Positions 1 through 9,766 of a DNA stretch of 46,271 bases are shown here, piece by piece; the stretch's first letter is position 1; the number at the start of each line of letters is the position of its first letter. The position numbers and the translations under genes were made by a program. Under the pieces are notes generated by a model. It saw only the letters and a list, made by a program, of their open reading frames with translations, did not search any database and was not told the origin of the DNA. Source of the DNA: Solirubrobacteraceae bacterium (lineage in GTDB: Bacteria > Actinomycetota > Thermoleophilia > Solirubrobacterales > Solirubrobacteraceae); the NCBI GenBank assembly GCA_050696515.1, contig JBOGYA010000001.1, positions 1 to 46,271 of the forward strand, read 5' to 3'.

Positions 1-496
1 CGAGGCCAAGGCCGCCGAAGGGGAGCGAGACGAGCTCGACCACGCCGAGGCCGAGAGCAAGCAGCAGGACGACGAGCAGGACGATCAACAGGATGCCGCG
101 CACGCGCGCGAGGGCGCCGGCGGAGGCGGGGGGGACCAGCAGCCCCATGGCGCGCAACGCGAGCATCTGGCGGCCGGTGGGGGGCTCCTGGCCGAGGCGC
201 TGCACGGCGGCGCGCAGGTCGCTGGGCCGGCGCTCGGCGAGCGCGAGGGAGGCGTCCGCCATGCGCCGGATCTGCATGCGCTCCTGGGGGCGGGCGGCGG
301 CGATCGCGCGCTGGAAGTAGGCGCGGGCGGCCTCGGCGTCGAAGCGCTCGGCTGCGCGGGCGCCGAGGATCGAGAGGGCGGCGGACTTGAACTTGGTCTC
401 GGCCTCGAGCTCCTCGTCGGTGCGCTGCTCGAGCGCCTGGATCGCCTCGGCGGCGCCGCGCTGCTCAATCCGGATCTGGCGCTGCTTGGGCGGCAT
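1..496 (-). CDS. Hypothetical membrane protein, 3' end outside the window
   Basis: Manual translation from ATG at 496: MPPKQRQIRIEQRGAAEAIQALEQRTDEELEAETKFKSAAL...GILLIVLLVVLLLALGLGVVELVSLPFGGLGL. Open to the window edge, GC-rich third positions, hydrophobic C-terminal helix. Not in the ORF track because it has no stop. Confidence 0.8.
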   Translation of the reverse strand, partial: MPPKQRQIRIEQRGAAEAIQALEQRTDEELEAETKFKSAALSILGARAAERFDAEAARAYFQRAIAAARPQERMQIRRMADASLALAERRPSDLRAAVQRLGQEPPTGRQMLALRAMGLLVPPASAGALARVRGILLIVLLVVLLLALGLGVVELVSLPFGGLGL

Positions 497-599
497 CGGG
501 TGAGCATTCTACGGGCTGCGTGGAGCGGCCGTGCGCAGACGCCGAGCACGCACACAGGCGCCGCGCAGGCGCTATGCTCGCGGCGGAGAAGCGAGCTCG

Positions 600-1205
600 A
601 TGCATTCATCTCTTCCGATCAAGGCGACTCGACCGATCAGAGAGCGGCCGGCCGCGTGCGCGAGCGCGGCGCTGGTGCTGGCGCTGCTTGTCGTGTTGCC
701 CGCCGCCCCGGCGGCAGCGAGCGAAGCCGGCAACCCGTTCGCCACAGCCTCGCAGGCCTCACCGGCGGCGGCGAAGCCGGCGCCGGGCGCGGGCACGGCC
801 GCCGGCGCGGGAGGGCTGGCCTCCAGCGGCAAATCGGGCCACGCCGGCCAGGCTCTCAAACTCCCGGTCGGGAAGGCATCGACCGGCGCCGCCAAACCGG
901 CCACGGGCGCGGCGCGGCTCCCCTCGCAGGTGACGAGCACACCGACGGTCACGACCGCGACGAACCCTACGAGCACGCGGGAATCGAGCTCTGGCTCGAG
1001 CACGTCGGAGATCTTGGTGGTGATCGTGGGCCTCCTGCTGCTGGGGGGAATCGCGTTCATGATCCTGCGCGACGCCCGCTCGGTGGCACCGGTGGTGGAG
1101 GGCGCGGTGACGGGGGGCACGCGCAACCCGGAGGGGCGCCTGCGCAGACGCCGCGCGCAGGCAAAGGCGGCACGACGCCAGCGCAAGCGCCACCGCAAAC
1201 GTTAG
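600..1205 (+). CDS. Secreted/membrane-anchored Ala/Thr/Ser-rich protein with C-terminal TM helix and basic tail
   Basis: Signal-like ALVLALLVVLPAAPAAA, low-complexity stalk, TM ILVVIVGLLLLGGIAFMIL, tail RRRRAQAKAARRQRKRHRKR. Start uncertain. Confidence 0.65.
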   Translation: MHSSLPIKATRPIRERPAACASAALVLALLVVLPAAPAAASEAGNPFATASQASPAAAKPAPGAGTAAGAGGLASSGKSGHAGQALKLPVGKASTGAAKPATGAARLPSQVTSTPTVTTATNPTSTRESSSGSSTSEILVVIVGLLLLGGIAFMILRDARSVAPVVEGAVTGGTRNPEGRLRRRRAQAKAARRQRKRHRKR

Positions 1206-1318
1206 AAACAGTTTTTGGATGAGCCGGCAAGCCGGCCGGGGGCGACCGCGGTGCATTCGAGGACGCACGCACGTGGCGCTATGGCGCGACCGGGAGCCAG
1301 GTCGCCGGCGGCGTGACG

Positions 1319-1669
1319 CTAGCGGCGGACCGTGACGCGCGGGGCGCCACGACGCGCTGTGCGCGCCCGCCCTGGGGATGCGGCCCGCCCGCCCGCGGTG
1401 CAGCCGGGTGGACCGCGGCGGGGTCTGCGGCCGCCGAGCGGCGCGCGGGGACGATGGGGACCCCCACCAACGCGCGGGCCTCGGCTGGTCCCGGGCAGGG
1501 TCTTGCTGCCGCCGTCGTCCTCTTCGGAGGAGTCGGCAGGAGCGGCCTCGGCGGGCGTGCGCGACTCAAGCGCCCCGTCGGAGCGGAACGGAATCCACAG
1601 CATCAGCGCGGCGATCGGCAGCTTGATCAGCCCCAGAGCCAGAAGCATCAACCACATCCACGTGTGCAC
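1319..1669 (-). CDS. Small hypothetical membrane protein
   Basis: GTG start, HTWMWLMLLALGLIKLPIAALMLWIPFR hydrophobic N-terminus, then acidic and Arg-rich tail. Confidence 0.6.
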   Translation of the reverse strand: MHTWMWLMLLALGLIKLPIAALMLWIPFRSDGALESRTPAEAAPADSSEEDDGGSKTLPGTSRGPRVGGGPHRPRAPLGGRRPRRGPPGCTAGGRAASPGRARTARRGAPRVTVRR

Positions 1670-1737
1670 GCTCTCGATGCTACTACGGCTCGGGGTGGGC
1701 GCCGGCGGGCTGTGTGGGCGTGTATCGGCTTTTGAGG

Positions 1738-1807
1738 ATATACACCAACTGGACCTGTGGAAGCAGCAATCATATGCTGGAATTAGAGGTCCAGTAGCGT
1801 GGTATAT
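1738..1807. repeat. AT-rich palindromic dispersed repeat, copy 1
   Basis: ATATAC..ACTGGACCT (1748-1756)-N30-AGGTCCAGT (1787-1795)..GTATAT; homologous copy at 38461-38527. Confidence 0.75.
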
Positions 1808-1973
1808 GTCCGCTCGAAAGTACATGGAGTCCAGCCGGGGCACCACCGCCGTGTGAGCTGCCTGTATCCCCGAGGTCGGCGCCATAGCGCCACGCGCGTG
1901 CGTCCCCGAACACACTCTCACCGCCCCCGGCCGGCTTGCCGGCTCATCCAGATAAAGATCCCCCCAAACTGAT

Positions 1974-1991
1974 CCTTACGTGATCGTAAGG
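1974..1991. promoter_or_regulatory. Palindromic operator-like site upstream of the MFS gene
   Basis: CCTTACG-TGAT-CGTAAGG perfect 7-4-7 inverted repeat ending 8 bp before the GTG start. Confidence 0.55.
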
Positions 1992-1999
1992 TTGCTAGC

Positions 2000-3814
2000 G
2001 TGGGGGAGGTGGCCACCGCAACCGCCCCTCTGCCCGCCGCGGGCGCCCGGGACTCGTACAAGTGGATCGCGCTCTCCAACACCACCCTCGGGGTGCTGCT
2101 GGCGACGCTCGACGCCTCGATCACGCTGATCGCGATGCCCGACATCTTTCGCGGCATCCGCCTCGACCCGCTGCAGGCCGGCAACAGCTTCTACCTGCTG
2201 TGGATGATCCTCGGCTTCCTGGTCGTCTCCAGCGTGCTGATCGTCAGCCTCGGGCGCCTGGGGGACATGTACGGGCGGGTGCGGATCTACAACCTCGGCT
2301 TCCTGATCTACACCGTCGCCTCGCTGGTGCTGACCGTGAACTGGATGAGCGGCCGCGCGGGGGCGGCGTTCCTGATCGTCTTCCGCGTCGTGCAGGGCGT
2401 CGGCGCCGCCTGCCTGCTGGCCAACGCCGCGGCGATCATCACCGACGCGTTCCCCTCCGGCCAGCGCGGGATGGCGCTCGGCATCAACAACATCGTCGGG
2501 GTCTCGGGGATGTTCGTGGGGCTGATCCTCGGCGGGCTGCTCGCGCCGATCGACTGGCGCCTGGTGTTCCTGATCTCGGTGCCGGTCGGCCTGTTCGGGA
2601 CCGTGTGGGCGTACCTGAAGCTCGAGGAGCGCTCGCGCCCGCGCCGCGCCGCGATCGACTGGCCGGGGAACGTCAGCTTCGCGCTCGGGCTCGTGCTGGT
2701 CATGGTGGCCGTGACCTACGGCATCCGCCCCTACGGCCCGCACTCGACCGGCTGGGGCTCCCCGCGCGCACTCGCGCTGCTGGGCGCCGGCGTCGCCTGC
2801 CTGGTCGCGTTCCTGGTCGTCGAGCGGCGCGTGCGCGAGCCGATGTTCCGCCTGCCGCTGTTCGGCATCCGCGCCTTCTCGTTCGGCACGCTCTCGACGT
2901 TCCTCGCCGCCGTCGCGCGCGGTGGGTTGATGTTCATGCTGATCATCTGGCTGCAGGGCATCTGGCTGCCCCTGCACGGCTACAGCTTCGCGCGCACGCC
3001 CCTGTGGGCCGGCATCTACATGCTGCCGCTGACGCTCGGGATGCTGCTCGCGGGCCCCACCTCGGGCTACTTGTCCGACCGCTACGGGGCGCGCTGGTTC
3101 GCGACCGGCGGGATGCTCAGCGCGGCGCTCTCCTTCGGGCTGATGACGCTGCTGCCGATCGACTTCCCCTACCCGCTGTTCGCCGCCACGCTGTTCCTCA
3201 ACGGCGTCTCGATGGGCCTGTTCGCCTCGCCCAACCGCGCGGCGGTGATGAACTCGCTGCCGCCCGCCGACCGCGGCGCGGGCGGGGGCATGAACCAGAC
3301 CTTCCAGAACTCCGCGCAGGTGCTGTCGGTGGGGATCTTCTTCACTTTGATGATCCTCGGCCTCGCCGCGCACCTGCCGCAGACGCTCAGCGCCGGCCTG
3401 CGCGCCCACGGCGTCGGCCCCGCCGCGGCGCGGCAGATCGCGCACCTGCCGCCGGTGTCGATCCTGTTCGCGGCGTTCCTCGGCTACAACCCGATCGGGC
3501 ACCTCGCCGGCGCGCACGTGCTCGCCGGCATCTCCGCCGCCAACCGCGCGGCGGTCACCTCCCGCTCGTTCTTCCCGCACCTGATCTCCGGGCCGTTCCG
3601 CACCGGCCTGCACGAGGCGTTCGCGTTCGCGATCCTCGCCTGCCTGGTCGCCGCGGTGGCCTCGCTGCTGCGCGGCGGGCAGTACCACCACGGGGTGGAC
3701 TCGCCGCGGGCGGCACGGAGGACGGAGCTCCCACCGAGGGCCGCTCGTGGTGGTGCCCGCGGCGCCGTGGGTCGCGCGCCGGTGGTGCGGCGCCGCCGGG
3801 AGGCACGGCGCTAG
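2000..3814 (+). CDS. MFS transporter, DHA2 (14-TM, EmrB/QacA-like) family
   Basis: YKWIALSNTTLGVLLATLDASIT N-terminus, MFS motif A GRLGDMYGRVR and GYLSDRYGAR, many TM helices. Confidence 0.92.
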   Translation: MGEVATATAPLPAAGARDSYKWIALSNTTLGVLLATLDASITLIAMPDIFRGIRLDPLQAGNSFYLLWMILGFLVVSSVLIVSLGRLGDMYGRVRIYNLGFLIYTVASLVLTVNWMSGRAGAAFLIVFRVVQGVGAACLLANAAAIITDAFPSGQRGMALGINNIVGVSGMFVGLILGGLLAPIDWRLVFLISVPVGLFGTVWAYLKLEERSRPRRAAIDWPGNVSFALGLVLVMVAVTYGIRPYGPHSTGWGSPRALALLGAGVACLVAFLVVERRVREPMFRLPLFGIRAFSFGTLSTFLAAVARGGLMFMLIIWLQGIWLPLHGYSFARTPLWAGIYMLPLTLGMLLAGPTSGYLSDRYGARWFATGGMLSAALSFGLMTLLPIDFPYPLFAATLFLNGVSMGLFASPNRAAVMNSLPPADRGAGGGMNQTFQNSAQVLSVGIFFTLMILGLAAHLPQTLSAGLRAHGVGPAAARQIAHLPPVSILFAAFLGYNPIGHLAGAHVLAGISAANRAAVTSRSFFPHLISGPFRTGLHEAFAFAILACLVAAVASLLRGGQYHHGVDSPRAARRTELPPRAARGGARGAVGRAPVVRRRREARR

Positions 3815-3855
3815 GCTGTACGCAGCAGCGTCACGGCGACACAGGAGGCAGGCCC

Positions 3856-4410
3856 ATGAGGATCGCGTTCGCAGCAGCGGGTATAGCGGCAACCGGCCTG
3901 GTGGCCGCCGGTGTGATCGTGATCGCGGCGGAGGCCGAAACGACCTCGACCTCCTCGCCACCGGTGAGTGCACCGCTGCGCACTGTGGGCGTGCAGGGCG
4001 TGGCGACCGAGCCGGTTACCTCCACCGCAAGCGCCGAAGCGGCGACCACCGTCTACCGCCAGGCGATGGCCGCCGCGATCGCCGACGGCCAGGCCAAGGC
4101 GCAGTTCCTCGCCGAAAAGGCGGGCGCCACGCTGGGGCCGGTGCAGAGCATCGGCGAAGGCGGCGGCTACATCTCCTGCCCCGAAGGCGTGGAATACCAG
4201 GGCGGCCAGCCCGACTTCGGCTCCGCGGCCTCCGGGGGGCCAGTGTTCGCCGGCGCCGTGCGGGCACCGTCGGCTGCCAAGGGCGGTGCGACTCCGACCG
4301 TCCACAGGGCGCCCGCCAAGCACCACAGGAAGCGGCGCTCGGCCAGGAAGGCCGCGGTGGAATCCTGCACGCTCTCCACGCAGGTCGCACTGTCCTACCA
4401 GTTGGGCTGA
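3856..4410 (+). CDS. Secreted SIMPL (DUF541)-like domain protein
   Basis: RBS AGGAGG, signal peptide, VGVQGVA and AMAAAIADGQAKAQFLAEKAGATLGPVQSIGE typical of SIMPL proteins. Confidence 0.75.
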   Translation: MRIAFAAAGIAATGLVAAGVIVIAAEAETTSTSSPPVSAPLRTVGVQGVATEPVTSTASAEAATTVYRQAMAAAIADGQAKAQFLAEKAGATLGPVQSIGEGGGYISCPEGVEYQGGQPDFGSAASGGPVFAGAVRAPSAAKGGATPTVHRAPAKHHRKRRSARKAAVESCTLSTQVALSYQLG

Positions 4411-4465
4411 CGGAACGCGGAATGAAGCACTACGCGGTCGCCGGGCGCGCCGGCTGGCGCGGCCC

Positions 4466-5614
<1,149 letters not shown>

Positions 5615-5626
5615 GCCGAGCGGCGC

Positions 5627-6016
5627 TCACCGCGAGCCGTCGAGGTACGCCTCGACCAGCCGCGCCGGCGCCCGCGCGAGCCACGCCTCTGTGACCACTT
5701 CGTGGAGGTCCTCGATCGAGAGCCGGTCCAGGTGCGCGAGGATCGCGGGGTAGCCGTCGAAGTGGGGGGTCGTGAAGAAGACGCTCGGGTCGTCAGCCAC
5801 CAGCGCCTCCTTGGCCCCGAGGTGCTCCACCCGGGCGGCCAGGATCGGACCGCCGGGGACCTCGCATCCCAAGTCCTCGATTTCCTTCGGGCGCAGCGGG
5901 CGCTCCCACACGAACAACTTGTCCTTCACCCGCCACTGCCGCAGCTCGCGCGACTCCCGTTCGCTGGCCTCGGGCAGCGCAAGCGCGATCCGGCGCACAT
6001 CCTCCCAGGTGGCCAC
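5627..6016 (-). CDS. MmcQ/YjbR family protein
   Basis: MATWEDVRRIALALPE..WRVKDKLFVWERPLR..FFTTPHFDGYPAIL..EAWLARAP. Confidence 0.85.
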   Translation of the reverse strand: MATWEDVRRIALALPEASERESRELRQWRVKDKLFVWERPLRPKEIEDLGCEVPGGPILAARVEHLGAKEALVADDPSVFFTTPHFDGYPAILAHLDRLSIEDLHEVVTEAWLARAPARLVEAYLDGSR

Positions 6017-6069
6017 GTCCTCACGGTAGACGACGCGCCGTCGACGCGCTCTGGCTTGCCCTTGACAAG

Positions 6070-6155
6070 TGGATCCTCTCCGGCCTGAAGACCCTGCTGG
6101 AGACCGGGGAGACGCTCACGACCCTGGCTCGCTGCGCTACGCGAATGCCGGGTGA
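6070..6155 (+). pseudogene. C-terminal remnant of an SRPBCC/AHSA1-type protein
   Basis: WILSGLKTLLETGETLTT, one-base slip, GSLRYANAG-stop. LSGLKTLLETG is the characteristic SRPBCC C-terminal helix; no 5' part present. Confidence 0.65.
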
Positions 6156-6210
6156 CACCAGGACACCCTACAAACGGCACCAGGCTGGTCCTGCTAAGCT
6201 GGACTAAGCG

Positions 6211-6453
6211 ATGGCAGCAGCCTACAACATGCACGAGGCCAAGACGCACCTGTCACGACTCGCCGAACGCGCGGCGCAGGGCGAGGAGATCGTGATTGCG
6301 CGCAACGGCCGCCCGCTTGCCAAGCTCGTTCCGATCGAAGGGCGCAAGCCTCTGAAGTTCGGGTTTTGGAAGGGCAAGGTCCGGATGAGCGACGACTTCG
6401 ACGACCCTTTGCCCTGGGAGATCCAGAAGTACTTCGAGGGCGAGGGCGACTGA
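6211..6453 (+). CDS. Phd/YefM family antitoxin
   Basis: YNMHEAKTHLSRLAERAAQGEEIVIARNGRPLAKLVP...DDFDDPLP. Confidence 0.92.
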   Translation: MAAAYNMHEAKTHLSRLAERAAQGEEIVIARNGRPLAKLVPIEGRKPLKFGFWKGKVRMSDDFDDPLPWEIQKYFEGEGD

Positions 6454-6827
6454 GGCTTCTGCTCGACACCCACACGTTCATCTGGGCGGCCGACGGCCGT
6501 CTGGACAGCCACACGCGAGCAGCGATGGAAGCCGCCGACGCCGTATCTGTGAGCGCCGTCACCATCTGGGAGATCGAGATCAAGCGGGCGCTGGGCAAGT
6601 TGCAAGCGCCTGAGGACGTGATCGAGTGCAGCGACGAATCCGGATACGAGCGCCTGTCCATCACCTCCGAGCACGCCCGCGAGGCGGGCAGGCTGCCACT
6701 GCTGCACTGCGACCCATTCGACCGCATGCTGATCGCCCAAGCGCGGGTCGAGGGCATGACGCTCGCGAGCGCCGACGCCGCATTTCGGCGCTACGACGTT
6801 CCGGTGCTCAACGTTACGCACGATTGA
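6450..6827 (+). CDS. vapC: PIN-domain toxin (VapC family)
   Basis: RLLLDTHTFIW, VSAVTIWEIEIK, LPLLHCDPFDRMLIAQA; probable CTG start overlapping the antitoxin TGA. Confidence 0.9.
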   Translation: MRLLLDTHTFIWAADGRLDSHTRAAMEAADAVSVSAVTIWEIEIKRALGKLQAPEDVIECSDESGYERLSITSEHAREAGRLPLLHCDPFDRMLIAQARVEGMTLASADAAFRRYDVPVLNVTHD

Positions 6828-6922
6828 CCGCTTCTCTACTTCTCTCAAGAGGCATCCGAAACCCCTCAGATCGCCGCCAGCAGCCATTGCGGCAAGGATC
6901 AAAGCCCGGATGACTTCTCTCT

Positions 6923-6950
6923 GGTTTACATAACATCCATTATCGAGCCT
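6923..6950 (-). other. dif-like XerC/XerD recombination site
   Basis: Minus strand AGGCTCGATAA-TGGATG-TTATGTAAACC: 11-6-11 layout with inner ATAA-N6-TTAT; XerD arm matches E. coli TTATGTTAAAT at 8 of 11 positions; AT-rich island in an intergenic region. Confidence 0.72.
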
Positions 6951-6986
6951 TCAGCGCGCGCGCCGTCGCCGTGCCGACGATGCAGC

Positions 6987-7050
6987 GTCTCATTCATGTG
7001 AGACAGGAATCTCACATGAATGGGACTGGGCCGTTTCAGATCGGCGGGGC
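6987..7050. repeat. GTCTCA-N6-TGAGAC palindrome cluster A
   Basis: Units at 6987-7004 (inverted relative to the others), 7009-7026 and 7033-7050; linker TGGGCC between the last two. Confidence 0.8.
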
Positions 7051-7109
7051 GCCGCCCGGCTGCGGCGTCGAGAAGATCGGCGCGCACCGGGCACAGTCCG
7101 CGCTCTGCA

Positions 7110-7565
7110 TCAGCTAAGTACGGCGGCGGCGATGAAGCAGGCGAGTCCGAGGCCACAGCCGATGGCTGGCGCGTAGAACCAGTACCGCACGGCGAGGAGA
7201 AAGTAGACCGCGGAGACCGCGATGGTGAGCGGCTCGATGGCGCTGATCTGCTGCACGAGGCCGTAGTCGTGGAGCGCCAGGATGAGCATCGTGAAACCGA
7301 ATGTGGCGGCTCCCAGGCCGTGGCTGATGTTGAACCCAAGCCACCCCCTCCACATCGAGAAACGAGCCCCGGAAACGCCGGGGAACATCTCTCGCAGCCG
7401 AATCCCGGCAACTTCCATCTCGGAGCGCAGGCCCGGCTTCGTCGGGGCGAAGAAGGTCAGCCGGAGGGTATCGATGAGCGAGGCAAGCGCGTGCAGGCCA
7501 CCCATAAGGATGAAGGGCGCGGTCCCGAGCTCGAATAGGATCCGTGCGGTTTCGTGCTGTGTCAT
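7110..7565 (-). CDS. Small membrane protein (LIC_13387-like family)
   Basis: FILMGGLHAL, SMWRGWLGFNISHGLG, RYWFYAPAIG; ATGA-coupled to the TetR gene. Confidence 0.75.
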   Translation of the reverse strand: MTQHETARILFELGTAPFILMGGLHALASLIDTLRLTFFAPTKPGLRSEMEVAGIRLREMFPGVSGARFSMWRGWLGFNISHGLGAATFGFTMLILALHDYGLVQQISAIEPLTIAVSAVYFLLAVRYWFYAPAIGCGLGLACFIAAAVLS

Positions 7566-8182
7566 GGCTGTTGGTCGGACCCCGCTGCACCGGTCAGCGT
7601 GAGGTCGATGATTGCGTCGATGAAGTGCTCGTCGAGCGGATGGTCCAACAGCAGGGCACGCCCGAGCACGGTTCCGATGAGCGTGTCCAGCACCAGGTCT
7701 AGGTCAACCTCAGCGCGTAGTTCGCCGCGCACGACGGCGTGCTCGAGAACCGTGCGGATGCGCGCGTGCTCCCGCTCGAGCGGGCCTGCCCGTAGGAGCC
7801 GCTCGAGCTCAGGGTCGGCGCGCAGTTCCATCAGCATCCCGGGCAGCGCGGCGTGGGCCTCCGGCGCTGTTGTCTGCTCGACTCCCCAGCGCAGGATCGT
7901 GCGTAGGTCGTCTCGCACATTGCCCGAGTCGGGCAGAGACCGCACCATGCTCTTTCCCAGCACCGCCTCCCACACGAGCGCTCCCTTGCTTGGCCAGCGC
8001 CGGTAGATCGTGGGCTTGCCGACCCCCGCGCGCTCCGCGATCCGCTCGATCGACAGCTCGGCGTAGCCGATCTCGACCAAGAGGCCCTGAGTCGCACGCA
8101 GGATCGCCTCGCGCACGCGCGGATCGCGCGGGCGGCCTGGCCCTCTACTCCTGGTTGTGTCCGGTGCGGTCGCGGCAGTCAT
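7562..8182 (-). CDS. TetR/AcrR family transcriptional regulator
   Basis: GRPRDPRVREAILRAT..LSIERIAERAGVGKPTIYRRWPSK helix-turn-helix. Confidence 0.93.
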   Translation of the reverse strand: MTAATAPDTTRSRGPGRPRDPRVREAILRATQGLLVEIGYAELSIERIAERAGVGKPTIYRRWPSKGALVWEAVLGKSMVRSLPDSGNVRDDLRTILRWGVEQTTAPEAHAALPGMLMELRADPELERLLRAGPLEREHARIRTVLEHAVVRGELRAEVDLDLVLDTLIGTVLGRALLLDHPLDEHFIDAIIDLTLTGAAGSDQQP

Positions 8183-8203
8183 TTCTCGGGTGGGTGCGAT
8201 TCT

Positions 8204-8223
8204 ATTACTATACGTAACGTAAT
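8204..8223. promoter_or_regulatory. Probable TetR operator
   Basis: ATTACTATACGTAACGTAAT imperfect AT-rich palindrome about 20 bp upstream of the TetR start, in a divergent promoter region. Confidence 0.6.
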
Positions 8224-8290
8224 GAATGAAATCTTCGATGACGCCGCCGGGCGAGAGCTCATCGGCTGCAGGGAATCACGTCGTCGGCCG

Positions 8291-9064
8291 ATGATCTCGC
8301 CGCAAGCTAGGGACGCGGCCGGCAACACAGCCGCGATCTCGGTGATTCGCGAAGGGACCGGTCCAGAGGTGCTGCTCGTCCACGGCGGCGCCAGCCCGGC
8401 GACTACATGGTCCGGACTGGAGCAGCTCAGCGAGCGGTGGACGCTGATGTTCGCCTACCGCCGTGGCTTTGCGCCGAGTCCCGATCCGCCCGGCGGCTGC
8501 CAGGACTTCGAGCTCGACGCAGCGGACATCTGCGAGCTGCTGGACAGCCGCCCGCATCTCGTTGGCCATTCCTACGGCGGTGTTGCGGCCACTATTGCCG
8601 CGATCCGGAGACCCTCGCAGGTGCGCTCGCTTACGCTGCTCGAGCCGGCCCTATTCTTGCCTTCCGATGATCCTGACGTGGCGCGTTTTAGGCGCCTGGG
8701 CGACGAGTTCCTGACTCACGGGCTGCGGACCGAACCGACCAAGCTGCGAGAGTTCCTCACGATTGCCGGCGCGCGGGTGCCCGAGGAGGGCCTGCTTCCC
8801 GATGAGGTCGTCCGCAGCATTCGCCGCGCACAAGGGAGTCGACCGCCCAGCGAGGCGCGCCCGCCGCTCGAAGTGCTGCGCGAAGCCGGCATCCGCTCGC
8901 TGGTCGCCTCGGGCGGTCATCACGTCGCCATCGAGCGGATGTGCGACACGGTCGCGACCGCCCTCGGCGCCCAGCGGGTGACAGCCCCCGGTGCGGGGCA
9001 TTTCGTCGCCGCGGCGCCAGCCTTCGCACACGAGCTGGAGAGGTTTTTGAACTCGGCAGAATGA
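8291..9064 (+). CDS. Alpha/beta fold hydrolase
   Basis: VLLVHGG, nucleophile motif GHSYG, LTLLEP, GAGHF; start uncertain (8222 alternative). Confidence 0.88.
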   Translation: MISPQARDAAGNTAAISVIREGTGPEVLLVHGGASPATTWSGLEQLSERWTLMFAYRRGFAPSPDPPGGCQDFELDAADICELLDSRPHLVGHSYGGVAATIAAIRRPSQVRSLTLLEPALFLPSDDPDVARFRRLGDEFLTHGLRTEPTKLREFLTIAGARVPEEGLLPDEVVRSIRRAQGSRPPSEARPPLEVLREAGIRSLVASGGHHVAIERMCDTVATALGAQRVTAPGAGHFVAAAPAFAHELERFLNSAE

Positions 9065-9213
9065 GCCCTGGCCTGTGGTGCCGCTATTCGCGTAGCCCTC
9101 CCCTCCGACGGTTTGGTCCTGCCCACCTGATGCGCAGGATCCCAGGCGCACGCTTCGGCGAGCTCATATTCGGGTGCGCTGCCTTCGCGGCGGCACGACC
9201 TAGACTCGCGGCG

Positions 9214-9570
9214 ATGTCGTTGCACCTCTTTGCGGGTCTGCGCGTGCGGGACTTCCAAGCGGCCCGACCGTAGTACGAGCGGTTGCTGGGCGATCCGGCG
9301 TTCTTCCCCCACGCTACTGAGGCGGTGTGGACGCTTGCCGAGAACCGGTCGGTCTACGTCGTCGAGCACGCCGATGGCGCAGGCAACTCGGTGGTGACGA
9401 TGTTCCTCGACGATCTCGATGCTCACCTAGCCGCGATCGCTGTGCGCGGGCTTGAGCCCGATGAGATCGAGACGTACTCGGGCGGCGTACGCAAGGCGAT
9501 CTACCGCGATCCCGACGGCAACGAGGTGGGATTCGGCGGAGCGACACCAGACGCCGGCTCACAAGCCTGA
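9214..9570 (+). pseudogene. VOC/glyoxalase family gene with in-frame TAG at 9271-9273
   Basis: MSLHLFAGLRVRDFQAARP-stop-YERLLG...YRDPDGNEVGFG; the frame continues through a TAG where Trp (TGG) is expected. Confidence 0.8.
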
Positions 9571-9611
9571 CGGCGGAAGCCAACCGACGCTGGCCCAATA
9601 GCGCTACGCCT

Positions 9612-9749
9612 GTCTTACATGGGTGAGACGCCCGTGGTCCCACATGGCTGAGATTGGGCTGTCTCGCATCGCCGAGCTCGCAGGCCAAGCGAAGTGCCAC
9701 ATGTCGGGCCGATCCGCGTTCGGCGCCCGTAAGCTCGCTCATGTGAGAC
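9612..9749. repeat. GTCTCA-N6-TGAGAC palindrome cluster B
   Basis: Units 9612-9629, 9637-9654, 9661-9678 (linker TGGGCT) plus an inverted unit at 9732-9749. Confidence 0.75.
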
Positions 9750-9766
9750 GGGTTCGTGTATCCATC

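Noticed and set aside
1976..3973. Long antisense and alternate-frame ORFs (e.g. 1976-3973, 33790-35604, 36835-37632, 45187-46128)
   Set aside because: Shadow ORFs of high-GC genes, with Arg/Pro/Ala-rich composition or mirror images of repeat proteins.
6849..6866. GAGGCATCCGAAACCCC as a stray copy of the transposon end
   Set aside because: Similarity is short, with no partner end or target duplication found.
9271..9273. Amber recoding (pyrrolysine or suppression by the tRNA-like gene)
   Set aside because: TAG is used as a normal stop in many genes here, and the tRNA-like anticodon is not CTA.
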